A stretch of DNA of 63,987 nucleotides, counting the filler, from Conidiobolus incongruus B7586 (taxonomy: Eukaryota), in assembly GCA_000697335.1 (NCBI GenBank). It is 6 parts of 6 records of this genome, joined end to end, with 100 filler letters (N's around TTAATTAATTAA, not from the genome) between each part and the next. Parts side by side here need not be neighbours in the genome. Positions count along the whole stretch, not along the records: positions 1 to 13,386 come from JNEM01000128.1; 5 more parts are not named here. The stretch is one strand, 5' to 3'. Positions 1 through 13,486 of this stretch are shown here, piece after piece. Position 1 is the stretch's first letter. The number at the start of each line of letters is the position of its first letter. Below the pieces are notes generated by a model. The model was not told the DNA's origin and ran no database searches. It was given only the letters and a program-made list of their open reading frames with translations. The translations under genes were made by a program, and so were the position numbers.

Positions 1-2309
1 ATATAATAATTGATAAAATATCTTAAAATTTTAATATATAAAAATTAATTATTTTATCAAAATATATAATTTGAATTTAATAATATATCTACTTTACAGC
101 TATTTTACTATGCTTTAGTTAGCCTTTCATTGTAATTATATATTTTTATTCAAATTTTATTAAATTTTTAATTTTTATTTCAAATAAATTTTCTTTATTT
201 TAAGGGTTCAAATTTATAAAATTATTTTAATTGTAGTAATTTTTTTAACAAATAAATAATCTGAAAAATTTGAATAAAGTGGTAATCAATTCAGTGAACT
301 ATGATAATTTGTATAAATATTAGAATTATTAGATATTTCATAATTAATATAGTCAATATTGTTCATTTAATATATCAAACTTTTCAATTTATTATACTTA
401 TATATTCAATTTAAATAAAAATAGGGAGCATAGACGAATGTCCTAATATATTTTATATTAATGTTATTATTGGCTTGATAACGCTAAATTGGTTAACTAA
501 TATATTCCTTGAGCTACATTAATTAAATAAGCATGGTTCGCCATTATTATTATAACTATTGTCAAAACCAATATTTACTCTTCAAAAGATAAACAATATC
601 AAAACACTCAATCCAATATCCTATTCTTAATACCTTTTCAACAACCTTGTTCAATCTGATATTTACAAAATATTGAGGTGATTTTAAATCCTTAATTATA
701 TCAATTCATCTAAAAATAATTTTGTGATTTATCCATTTTCTTGAATTTCCTCATTCTGGAAGATTTGGGAAATGGTTTGAAACTATTTGTTGTATTTAGA
801 TAAGTTTCAATTAGCTTCTCATGATTATTGAAAAGCTTTTTGGGGTGGGTTTTGTATATTATTAAGATTATTGAATAGATGGTAGAACACAATGATTAAA
901 GTTTATTAATCGGAGCGAATTAAGTGATCAATTAATAATTATTTTCTCAATCTTAATTGTTTAAATCCTAGCGAATACATTTAATTAAGAAATTTTATAA
1001 AACTTGAATTACTTTTTAATTTTTATTAAGCCATAAAACATCATTAAAAAAATTTTCACTTTCTCAAATGATTCTAATATGATTTCAATTGTGGTAAATA
1101 TAACAGAAAAATTAATAGAATGTTAATTAAGAATGTGGATTTTAGCAACATTTTGATAATTAATTAAGGATGGATAACCTATCAATTAACGTGATGCACC
1201 CAATTATTAAATGTAACCGATCAACTGATGTAATTTATATTAATGATTATGATTAGAGCAAATTGGATTTATTTGATATTTTTTAGTAGCTAGGGTTATT
1301 ATTAGATTTCAATTGAGAATTTGGATGATTAATATTAGGAAATTCGTGACCTTGGATTCAAGTTAATTTAAAATTATTTTGAACTTGGAATCAAAATAGG
1401 CTATTTCCAATATGGTATTTTGATTGATTCATAATTTAAAAAAATTACTGATGGATGTATAATAACAGAATTAACTGATTAATCAGCATTAGATAAATTA
1501 ATTTGATATGTTTTCAATTTATTTATATATATTTATTCCCCCTTTTATCTATTATCTTAATCTCACCACTCCATATTATTAAACTTCTACAATATTACCT
1601 AATGAATTTCAAATAGTTATTAAATTGTTAATTAATAAATGAATTAGCCAAAATCAATATTAAATAATTAATAAAATTTAAATATATTATACAATTGAAT
1701 TAAATTAATTCAATTTCAAATAGTTTTTTAAGTCTATTATTGAATGAACTATATTATATGATTTTTTAATATTAGTTGAAATACTCTCAAATATTCATTA
1801 TATTTAATACTATTATTATTACAACTAAAACAGATTTCATTAATTTTAAGGTAAATTCTAAAGCAATAAACATGTAAACATTCCTTCAAAAATAATTTTA
1901 ATATAATTGAGGTTAAAGTTAAAATTTTCAAATTGAGGTATACACGTTGAAATACATCCGAAATCCCTGTTAATTGCTAATTATCCATGTGGTAATATAT
2001 TTTGGCAACAAATATTAGTAAACAGTGATTGAACAAATATAGTATAAAGAGGTGAATAAAGTATTAGGAATTTTAAAGGATGACAATTTGTTATTGAAAG
2101 TTGTTAATTTTCATTTTAACAAAAAAAATCAAGCTGAAAAATACAAATAAATATAATAAATTGGTGTAATGTAATATCATATCCCTAGAAATCCTACGTA
2201 ATACTTGTAATACCTTTAATTAATTATTTTTTACAGGTATTAATGGAGATAATTGAGTGAATAGAGTGAGAAAGTAATTTGAAAAAAAAATTATAAAAAA
2301 GAATTTGAG

Positions 2310-2391
2310 CGACAGCTACCGGATTTGAACCGATGCGGGCAGAGCCCATCAGATTTCGAGTCTGACTCCTTAACCACTCGGACAAACTGCC
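2310..2391 (-). tRNA. tRNA-Ser(CGA), intronless, long variable arm
   Basis: The minus strand reads GGCAGTTTGTCCGAGTGGTTAAGGAGTCAGACTCGAAATCTGATGGGCTCTGCCCGCATCGGTTCAAATCCGGTAGCTGTCG. Acceptor stem GGCAGTT/AGCTGTC; anticodon arm TCAGA-CTCGAAA-TCTGA; variable arm GGGC-TCT-GCCC; T-loop TTCAAAT; discriminator G. Oligo-T runs (Pol III terminator) follow just downstream. Confidence 0.96.
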
Positions 2392-3202
2392 TTAATTGAG
2401 GGGACTTAAAAATCTAATTTAAATTTAATAAGTAAACATTTTCATTAATATTTTAATAATAATAATAATAATAATATATTTAAAAATAATTATTTAATTA
2501 TATATCTTGTTAATATTCCTCACAATTAATGCATATTATTATCCATTATTTATTTTTGTTCATATTTATTATATTTTTAATATTTTTAACTAAATTATTG
2601 TTTAAATAAATAATAATTATATTTTTTAACCATATATATTATTCTAAAAATAAAGTTGATTAATATTTATTTTTGAAGGATAATTTTTATTAAATATTCA
2701 ACAACTTTATATTAAACTAGGTATAAAGTGGAAATATGAGTATAATATCAATAAAAAAATATTATGAAAAATAGTGATTATAGCATTTAAAAAATATGCT
2801 TTCTTTAATATTAATATGAATAAAATAATTTTCATTGTTCTTTAGTTTGAAAGGATGTTTAACCGATATAACTCCTTGAATCTTGTTTAATTTTAATATT
2901 TTTTTAAAAAATTTTTTAAACTTGTTAAAAGTTTCGAATATACATATATATTTCTTTTAAAAAAATTTCATTATGTTAGTATTATTAATAATATTCTAAT
3001 AAGACTAAAATCTTATTTTTTTAAACTAATCTATAACTTATAGTACAATTGTTGATATTATAAACTAATGAGTTTGAATTTTATTTTTAGTTTAGGAATT
3101 TAGTTGAAGGGAAATAAGTTTAATATAACTAAATTTAAAATTATAAAATTATCATTATTTTTTTTTAAGTTATTAATAATGGACCTCCTAAAATTCTAAA
3201 TT

Positions 3203-3290
3203 GGAATAATGAATTGGGAAAAAATAGTTTAAAGTATTAAATTAAACAGGAATAATGAACTGGGACAAAATATGTCAAGGATTACATTAT
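3203..3290. repeat. Imperfect direct tandem duplication, period 46 bp, 2 copies
   Basis: GGAATAATGAATTGGGAAAAAATAGTTTAAAGTATTAAATTA at 3203 versus GGAATAATGAACTGGGACAAAATATGTCAAGGATTACATTA at 3249. Confidence 0.7.
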
Positions 3291-3807
3291 TCAATGTTAA
3301 GTGGGTAATTTGTATATTCATAGGAATTTGTTAAATCAGATATATTTTTAAAAACAATAATTAAATAGTTTATTTAAAAAATGATGTATATTTTATAAAT
3401 TGTTGATGTTCTCTTGGGAACTTGAAATAATTTTAAATAAAACTTATTGCTTGAGTTTAGATTATAATCACAAAATGATATGGAATCATTGGGGTTGAGG
3501 TAAGATTAGTCGCTTGGAATGGGATTGAATAAAGTAGCGAACGGAGAAGGATAAACAAGGAGGTGGGAAGATCAGATTTAGATTGAATTTCGGAGTAAAT
3601 AGAGGTCATGCGAGGATTAAACATGTTGCAATAGATGTGTAAGTAGCGTCCTAATAAAATGATTGGTGGGCTGTTAAGTTATATCATCATCTCAAGCAGT
3701 GAAAATGTAAAGTACATTGGATCCATTGTACTGGAAAACAGGAATTGAAGCTGGAAAATCATTCTAATCAGATCAATAATCTGTCTCCAACACAATGCCG
3801 TCACCAT

Positions 3808-4937
3808 CTATAACAAACCAACCTGGCGCAAGTTGCCCTGCATCAAAATATCGCGGACAGCTGCCATCACAAACCTCATGTTACTCGTATCTGTGGCACA
3901 TGTAAAGTGGGAATAGATATTCTTATGACTATGCTTGTTGAGATTCTCGAATCTGTCTCGGAAATAGCTTAAACCCTTATCAAAATCGTCGCCACCCCTG
4001 TAATCTGGGAAGTAGTTAGAAATGGGGCTTCTCTGGATCTTAGATTTGAATACATCAGTCTTGTTGAGGAAGAGAATAACAGAAGTCTTTCTGAACCACT
4101 TGCTATTACATACAGATTCAAATAAGTTGAGTGCCTCGTACATTCTATTTACAGTTTCATCTTCGATCAAATTTTGATCATATTCAGAAATAGCAATGAG
4201 GTAGAGAATGGCTGTGATGCCTTCAAAGCAATGAATCCACTTTTTACGCTCCGAACGCTGGCCACCGACATCAATCATTCTGAAGATAGGCCCTTCCATA
4301 TGGAAGACGGTCTCAGTGATACCAGTGGTTTTCACACGAGTTCTTAGAATATCTTGATCCGTTGGTTCGTAGTCTGGGCTTGAAATACGATCCAAACTGT
4401 TAAAATAATAAGAAGCAGAATCTAATAATTGAAATCGGTTTGAATTTGCAACACATTTCTGTACACCTAAATCAGCCCAAAGTGCCTTGAGAGCGATATA
4501 ATGATTACCCGCGAGAGTAGGACTTCCGTAGTGGGAAGGAACACGAAGAATAAGTGCAGCGTGTTCCTCATTTGCCGAGTCGTCAAGAATAATACCCATA
4601 CGAGGCATGGACTGGAGAATTGATTGCATAGAAGAGATTATATTTGTCATCACTGCTTCTCTAAATGCGTAGCTCTCTTCCTTGCTAAAACCTCCTCCAT
4701 GAAGGAGCTTCATCTGTTTGAGTACTGTGGACTTGCCTGATTCACCAGCGCCTATACAATTGTGAATAAGGTTAATATATCATGTACCAAGTGAAACAAG
4801 TTAAAAAGAATTTAAATAATACCTAATAATAAAATTTTGATTTCAGGAGGTGATTCTTTTTCAGTCTTGAGTTGTTGGTCAATTTGGTTAGAGCGTACTT
4901 GTTCTTGAGAGAATTGTTTACTACTTGTGCAGCCCAT
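3808..4937 (-). CDS. Heterotrimeric G-protein alpha subunit (Gi-like), 2 exons (4937-4823, 4751-3808), 352 aa
   Basis: Exon 1 encodes MGCTSSKQ...EIKILLLG with an MGCxxS lipidation motif. A 71-nt GT-AG intron (4752-4822) joins it to GAGESGKST. DVGGQRSERKKW, FLNKTD and TCATDT follow, and the protein ends QVGLL. Confidence 0.97.
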
Positions 4938-7900
4938 TGTGTTAATATTTTAATAGAGTACTAATATTTAGTGAGCTTAATGTTTATATTTAATAGTAGT
5001 TGAAAGGTTGAGTCTAATACAATATCACAATATTATTTGATTGATATAAATAAATAATCGATATATAAATATATATCACAAGTAGAGTAATATATAGTTT
5101 GAATAAATGAGATGAGTAGAATAAATATGTGAGGTTATAAAGAAAATGAAATGAGTGATTGAGGAAAAGTAGGATATTTAAATATTCGAGGGAAGGGAGA
5201 ATATGAGGGGGAATGGTAAATAAATAGGGAAGAATTTTAGTGAGGTGAGATTTGTGTGGGTGGTAAAACACAAGTTTAACAATACTTAAGAATTGATCAG
5301 GGATTAACAATCAGAATTATAATTTTTTAAATAATACTTATATCGAATTATATTTCAGTATTAATTATTAATATATCTCCAAGCTACATTGCTTGTAATA
5401 ACTTTAATTTATTTTTTTATTAATGGAGAATGTTAAGATATTAATTATAATTTCAAGTAATTTCACTAAAAATTTGGATCATGTATTAAACATAAATCAA
5501 TATAATAACAAAGGTGTATTGTGCTTATTTTTTAGTTTTATTTTTAAATACAAGTTTAAAGTCTTCATAATTTCTTGCTTAATAATTGTCATAATTAATT
5601 TAAACTCAATTTATTGTATATAATATTAATCAATTCAATATAAAAACTGATAAATAAATATACTGAGTTTAACCCTTTAACCCTACCGTTTTAAATATTT
5701 GGATGGACTCAAATACATAAGTAAACCTTTACTCATTACAAACTTATCCAATATATTGCACTAATTATCAATCCTTTTAACTAAATATTGAATTATTTAG
5801 GAATATATTCAAACAGTACTACTCCCCAATATTTTTCTCCAATTCTGTAGTATACCATAAAAAGTTTATTATTAAATTGATAAAGAGGTTTACCATAGTG
5901 AATTAATCAAAATAAAATAAAAGAAATGGAGAAGGAGATAAGGAGCTGTAAAATAAAGGGATAAAATGGGTAATACTAGAATTATGTTTGAAACATTAAA
6001 ATTTTATGCAATACACATCTCCAATATTAAGAATATTTGTTATTACTTTAACACTAGTGGGAATTATCAACGATAAGTTAGAATCATACTTGATTTATTT
6101 TATAATTATTTTATATAATAATATTTGTTCTTAAAAGGAGTATTATTGAAATAATATTTGAATATCATAATATTGTTGTTATTAAATATAGTCATATCCA
6201 TAATAGATATTCTTTACCCAAAATAAAAACAAATATTTCTCTAAATTTTAACAAATTAATTTCAATATTTTTGAATAATAGTATTTTAATGTGAAAATTA
6301 AAGAATTTAATATAACTAAATAACCATAACTTTATAAAAAGTTAAATAACTTAAGCTAAATAGGTTTATAGATAAAGAATTGAATATTAATCCTTGTTAA
6401 TTTTTCTTAAATTTGCATAAATCATTTATTAAAATGAAATCATTATTGGGAGAGAATAGATTAAATTTTAATGGTTGAATTAGGAGAATTCATGCAAAAA
6501 TAATCAATTTATTATTATTATGATTATGTTAGTCGCCCGAATTTAAATATTATTAAGCGCTTTAAACTTCAAGGAAATGGATACTTAATCCAATTAGGTA
6601 ATCCTTTGATATTAATATTGCCCAATCTTATAATTAGAAAACTTGGATAATTATCATGGACTTTCTTTGACAAAATAAAAAAAATAATTAGATATATATT
6701 TAATATTCGTTAGGAAGATTTTTGTTATTAAACAATTCTTAGATTATCAATTTAAATAAATTTCCATAACAGTTTAATAATTCCAAAAGTTTATAATATA
6801 TTGAAAATGATAAATATTCACAATAATGTTGAAAATGAATATATTTAATTTAATATTAAATCAAATTAAAATATATAACAAATATATCCACATAATAATT
6901 TTAATAATCTTGATTCGAATTAAAAATGTATGACTTATATTGGTATCTTAATAAACTCATATTTTTAAACTGTTGAAGAAACAACTAAAATTCGTAATGA
7001 TAAGCAAAATTCGATTTAACCCAATTGATACTAGTGTTATGATATAGTTAAATTCATCTAAGGATTCAATTTTATATGTTTTTAATACATAAAGTTGATC
7101 AAAATTATTCTTATTCTTGTATGGGGTAAGATATTTGATACATTATACCAAATACTTATCAATTTTTAATTAAATCGTATATTTTAACCTAGATATCATT
7201 TTATTTTCTTAATAAATGATCTAAATAAAACACTTGATATTAGGTTTTATTAATAATTATTTTTTTATAAATTTGATAATTTGAATATATATTAAAATAT
7301 TAAGTCAAAATATTAATTATACCGTACATAAACACTATTTATCAATATCTAAATATTAATACAACCACTATCAAGAATTGATTACTCCCAATCACCGAAG
7401 TAAATATTACTCATTCAAGCAAAGTGACTTAACATTAAAAACATTAATAACAATTAATATTAATAAGAATAAACCAATTAGACTATTCAGACAAATATTT
7501 TTCATTCACAGTATTTATGATCATTTAAATGTCATATGAAATCGATTTCAATCAATAAATGCTATGTGAAAAAATGTGTTAAACTGCCATGATTTTTCAA
7601 TATTGAAATATATTCATGTATTGAATATTCTTTATTCAGAATCATTGAGATTATTTGCTAAATGTGATAGTAAATATTGACTTATAAAAAATTGGTGGAG
7701 TTTTATTAATTAGATTCAAATTGTTGACCTCTTTTTTAATATTGAATTAATATAACTATTTTGATATATTACGAAATTTATTAAATATATAGTAACATAA
7801 ATTTGGATTAATATAAAATTTTTAAATACTTTATAATAACATATCATTATATTTGAATATATATATATCAAATTTTAATATAAGTATATTATCAGATTAA

Positions 7901-8126
7901 TTTTTATTTATAAATTAAAAAATTTTTTAATTAATTAAATTGAATTGATCATCCAATTAACATGAAATTTCAATTTAATCCCATACTTGATTATATCACA
8001 GATATTTTATTATTAAGTTGAACTGATTTAAAACAGTATTTAATACACTTTATTTAATATTCAATCCAAAAATTAATATTTATTAATCATTAAAACAATA
8101 TAAAAAAATATTAATTTAGTAGTATT

Positions 8127-9144
8127 ATGAGTGATCCTAACACCAATTTAAAACCTAGAGATGTTTTCTTTTTTATTCCTAATTTAATAGGTATAAATAA
8201 TATATATCATAGGTTATTCTAAGTCGTATTAATATTAAAGAAATTAGGATATACGAGAATTATTTTTGCAGGCTTAGCTCTATGGACGATGAAAGATAAT
8301 CCTTTATGGTGTTTCTTCTTTTACTTTATCTCCTGTATTTTAGACGCTTTCGACGGTACTGCTGCTAGAGCTTTTAACCAATGTAAATTTTATTTTATAC
8401 TTTTATTTTATTTATTATTGAATAGTATTATTTTTAGGTACTAAATTTGGTGCTGTTTTGGATATGGTCACAGATAGGTAAATCATAATATATTAAAATA
8501 TTAATAATTTTAATTTTAATTTTGTTATAGATGTACTACAACTTGTTTATTATGCTATTTAAGTCAAATTTATCCCAGTTACTTTTTATTATTTCAATTT
8601 TTAATCAGTTTAGATATTTCAAGTCATTATATGCATATGTATAGGTAACATATTATATTAATTATATACTTATTTAGTTATTAACTTTAATTATTTTTTA
8701 AAGTTCTTTAACTTCAGGTGCTAAAAGTCATAAAATTGTTGATGAAAATTCCAATCCCATTTTAAAAGCCTATTACTCTAATAATGTAAGTTATTAGAAT
8801 ATATTATAGTATATTATTTATATTAATTAAATTGGTTTAGACTGTATTATTTTTATTCTGTGCAGGAAATGAAACTTTTTTCATTTTACTGTATCTGTTA
8901 TATAAGAATCCTGAAGTGATTAATTATAGTAAATTTATTATTTTATATATTAGTATTTGCTTTAACTAATGAATTAATAGATTTAGTATTATTTTTCACT
9001 ATTTTATGCTTTCCTATATGTTTTATTAAGCAATCAATTAATCTAATTCAATTTATCGGTGCTTCCAACTATTTGGCTCAGGTGGATATCGATGAACGTG
9101 AAATGAAATCTAACTCTAATGGCTCTATACCCAAGAAGGAATGA
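8127..9144 (+). CDS. PIS1: Phosphatidylinositol synthase (CDP-DAG-inositol 3-phosphatidyltransferase), 7 exons, 228 aa; absent from the ORF track
   Basis: Exons 8127-8190, 8248-8382, 8438-8477, 8531-8644, 8704-8785, 8841-8928 and 8981-9144, all GT-AG, total 687 nt. Translation includes FIPNLIGYTR, the CDP-alcohol phosphotransferase motif LDAFDGTAARAFNQCTKFGAVLDMVTDR, LDISSHYMHMY, SHK and CAGNE. Confidence 0.95.
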
Positions 9145-10165
9145 AGATATCTATTTGTAACAATTGAAATATATGTGATTTTAAGTTTTTAATTTCAATT
9201 TTTTCAAATAAATTGAATAACTGATATTCTAAACCTCATAATCAATAATAATCAAAACTAGCAATACTAACAAATTATTCTAATAGCCCTAAAATAATCA
9301 TTTTCCAAGTTCAAAATTTGGTAAGTATCAATGGTCAAAAATCCATTCAAATTTTCAAAAAAGGTCAATAATATCACCAACAAATGCAATTTTACTGAGT
9401 TTTAAATTAGGATACTGCTTTGTGACTCAGTCATCTCCCAAAGGTTTCTTCTGAATATGTTTAAATATTTTTCAATATGATTTAATTATTTATTATACAT
9501 ATCATCTTGAATTTCTGCCAAATTGGAAATGACAATTATGTCATCAATAACATTTTTTAATTCTTCCATAAGTTTTACAATTATTAAATAATAATTATAT
9601 TAATTTAAATTATTTTTTTAATTTACTTTGAATTCTTTATATTATTTTAACTCTTAAAGTTATGTTATACAATTATCCTTATATTATATTTTTAATTTAA
9701 CGCTATTTACCTTTAATTAGTTAAAATTTATCTTGGGAAAATTTAATTATTCGCTGATTAATGTTAAATTATTAAATTTTTTTTGAATATTATTATATTT
9801 TTACTCTCAACAGATAATTGAGTGTTAATTAATTTAGGTTATATTAAAATTTTAAAACTTTGTAATATTCAATTCAAATTAAAACTTTTGTCCCATTATT
9901 TTTTATTATTATTTGAATATAAAATAATAAATCCAATGAATTTTTCAAAAGGAACAAAAAGAGTTAATAACTAAAATATATTTTTTTTCCTGTGTTATGG
10001 GATTGAAATTTTCAAACTAAAATAGTAAATACAATCAAATAAATAAATATAAAAATATCAAGGTGAATATAAAAAATATATATTTATTAGATATTAATTT
10101 CAAAGAACTTGAATCATCTATAACTGTCAAATAAAATAATCAATCATAATACAATTTTAAAAAAT

Positions 10166-10709
10166 TTAGTTGGTTTCTTCACCACCCTCGCCACCATTTT
10201 CTAAATTATGTTTAATTAATCTGCTAGCTGCTTCTTTATCAATTGATGTAGGCATAACTAAATATTCAAATTAATCCAATGTGAATAAAATATATGATTA
10301 ATGTTTACCATTTAATCCTTCTAATTTTCTAATACTATCGACATATGTAGTCATTCTTTGCTAATTAATTAAATTTAGTTTAATAATTTCTAAATTAGTT
10401 ATAATTTTATTATTACCAATTCTTTAGTAACAGGATGATTTTCCATATCTAAACCTTGAGTTTTAAAAAAAGCTAAATTTCAATAATTAATAAAAAAATT
10501 TACTATAAATATATAATATAAATACCATAATAGCTAGAATTTAAAATATAATTTAAAGTTAATTCCAATTTACATCTATCTAAAGTATCTAACTGAGGTA
10601 AAGCACTAGGTAAATCGATACGTTGTAAATTTTGAACCAATAAATCGATTTCATTCAACCTTTCATGTAATTGTGATAATTCTTGTTTAAGTTGACTATT
10701 ATCTGACAT
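10166..10709 (-). CDS. C1D: C1D/Rrp47 (Sas10/C1D family) exosome cofactor, 4 exons, 127 aa
   Basis: Exons 10709-10526, 10472-10417, 10360-10309 and 10257-10166 (384 nt). Translation ...LDRCKLELTLNYILNSSYYAFFKTQGLDMENHPVTKELQRMTTYVDSIRK...IDKEAASRLIKHNL matches the family pattern G-D---HPV--EL-R...D--AA-R-I. Confidence 0.88.
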
Positions 10710-10795
10710 CCTTTTAGCTTTTTAATAATTATTAGTATTATATTTTGAAAATTAATTTTTTTTGAAAAAATTTATTCAAATATTTGAATGAGTTA

Positions 10796-10806
10796 AAATT
10801 ATGGGA
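10796..10806 (-). promoter_or_regulatory. Candidate promoter element TCCCATAATTT upstream of C1D
   Basis: AAATTATGGGA on the + strand, 86 nt upstream of the C1D ATG in sense orientation. The same 11-mer precedes three other genes. Confidence 0.6.
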
Positions 10807-13386
10807 TGAATTAAATTTTAAAAAAATTTTGTTTTTTAAATTATATAAAACTAATTTAAAATACTTTATATATATATATTTTTCAATAAAGCAAATAATT
10901 AAATATATTTTATGATTATTATCACAAATTTATTATTAAAATTTTTGCCAGTTTAACTATTTTACTTAATATGAGAGAGTTCAATTGATTTAAACATCAA
11001 ACCAAAATAACTATGTAAATGAAGAAAAAATCACTCATTCCTAACATGAGCATTTTGTTCTTCACTAATATATGAGGAGATTAATGTTAAAGATTTGGAT
11101 GAAAACACTTGTTTCAAAATACTCCCTAAAGAGCAATTTCCGATTGTTTACCCCCTATTTCATGGGCATTGATTGCTTGTAATTTTCTTCAAAGATGCTT
11201 CCAATTTTAGATAAAGTTGCATGTTGGATAAGTAAATGCTACTATAATTCTGAAGATGATGAGGGAGAATATTTAAAATCATGTATTTTAAGGGAAGAGA
11301 ATTTCATATATGATGCTGAAATTAAAATTATCAAAATTTGATACCATAAAAACAAGTATAACAATTCAGTGTTTCATAATTTAATAATATATTTTCTATA
11401 TCAATTTTATAATTTATAGTATTAAATGTGTTTTAGTACCTAGGTATTAATAGGGATTATAAAACATTCCAATTAATAATATTACTTAAAGACCTATGAT
11501 AAATGATAAGAAAAATTTATCTAATTTTCAATTGGTGCAGATTTTAAATATTTAAGTGATTAATTGAAATTTATTTTTTATTGTTTGATAAAAATACTCT
11601 ATTCAAATCAATTTTAGTATATTAGACAATTGAGTAGTGCGTTTTAAAATTATAAAGTTTTTTTTATCTCAATGAAATCAATATTTAATCGACTGATCTC
11701 AACTTACAAAGAGAACAAATCCAAAATCTATAGATTTTCAAAGATTGTAATACATGAAATCTATTGATAATATAATGAAACTTGTCGCATGTATTCAGTC
11801 TTGATGTCTACTCGTTAAACGAATTACCAATTGGGAAGTTTTAGTGCTTTGGGCTCGTTCTATCTGTATGTTAATTATATGTTTCAACCTTTTGATATTT
11901 GGCGAGTGCGATACTAAATTTCAAAACTCTTATCAAAAATTGAAATACATTGCTTTTTAATATATTTTTGATGATAAGATTATTATATAAATTATAACTT
12001 TGCTATGATGATATAATAATTTATTGTTCCATTATAAATAACAAAAATATAAACAATTAGTGTTTAAAATATTCCTTTCCTTAAATAACTCAATATTTTG
12101 TGCTTTTTTATTTAACCTTTGGATAAATTGAAAAATTGACCAAACTAATGTCTAGTATCAAATACTCTTCAGAAATGATTATTATACTTATGTTTTCAGT
12201 AATTCAATTTAATAAATAGTTCATCCAAATTTCTCAAAATCAAGCTCAGAGAAAATGAATTATAGATTGAAAATTGATATTGATTAAACAAAAATAATTG
12301 TAAAGAACTATTTGTTAGTGTCAAAAGATCGATAGAATTGATATACGTTGATGACTAAATACTGAATTTTTGAATTAAAATACAGAAATGGAGAAATATT
12401 TGAGTAAATAGGTATATAGAGAAAATTTTTCAATAGTTAAATGATTTCCAAAGTTATTTATTAGAAATTTTTCAGCTATTATATATGTAGTGATTTTATA
12501 TTTAAAATTTTAAATTTTAAATTGTTAATCAATATATTAATTAATAGTTGTGAATCCAATAATTTATTCTCTGATTTGTTTTTGCTTGAAAATAAAATTT
12601 ATTCATCAGGTATATATTACTTCTATTTCAAAAATTATTTAGATTTTATAAAAAGTTGATTATTTTATTTTAGAAATAGAATACTAATTAATATCAAATT
12701 ATGGTTTAATAATATTTTTTTAATTTTTTATTTATTCAACATTTTTTTGAACATCAATATTAAAGAATAATCAAAATATATTTTTTAATAATTTTATGAT
12801 ATAAGGCAATGAATTTATATTCTATATATTCTGAAATTAAACTAATAATATTATATCATTAATTATATTCATATTCACCATTAGTTAAACAAATATTAAT
12901 TATATATTTTAATTAATACTTATATAATAAGAGGATATATTTTCAATTATTATATTGAAATATAAGTTAATATATAAATAATACAATTCTATTTAATTAA
13001 AAATATAATTTTAAATTTTCTTTTAAAAAGGATATAAAATTAATACTATATTTTATTATCAAAAAAATAGAATATAAATAGGGATTATAGTAAAATAAAT
13101 ATATTAGTTAAAATGAATAATTATTAATTTATTTATATTCAACTTCTTAATTATTATTTCAAGTTTATAAATATTTATTTTTCAGAATTCAAATCATTTC
13201 ATTAACAAAGCATTTAATTAAATTAATCAAAGGTTTATTTAAATTATTAAACAAATTGAAGTTAACTTATATATATTAGTTTAAGCTAATAACTAGGTAT
13301 AAACTAAAAAGGTCTTTTTTATTTTATTTTAAATAAATAATTATATTAGTTATATCATTTATAATACTCTCATTATATAATAAATA

Positions 13387-13486
13387 NNNNNNNNNNNNNN
13401 NNNNNNNNNNNNNNNNNNNNNNNNNNNNNNTTAATTAATTAANNNNNNNNNNNNNNNNNNNNNNNNNNNNNNNNNNNNNNNNNNNN
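13387..13486. other. Assembly gap spacer (44 N + TTAATTAATTAA + 44 N)
   Basis: Exactly 100 bp. The 12-mer gives stops in all six frames, and the identical structure occurs five times. Confidence 0.97.

Noticed and set aside
1749..5623. ORFs 1749-1931, 5014-5310 and 5423-5623
   Set aside because: I/L/F/Y/N-rich translations expected from AT-rich DNA. 5014-5310 lies in the G-alpha upstream/5' UTR region.
9300..9570. Minus-strand frame that reads long if TGA is Trp (possible NUMT or recoding)
   Set aside because: No resemblance to any mitochondrial protein I recognise, and other frames are comparably open.
13431..13442. TTAATTAATTAA repeated five times as a possible biological repeat or target site
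   Set aside because: It is always centred in exactly 44+44 Ns and is a six-frame-stop assembly linker.
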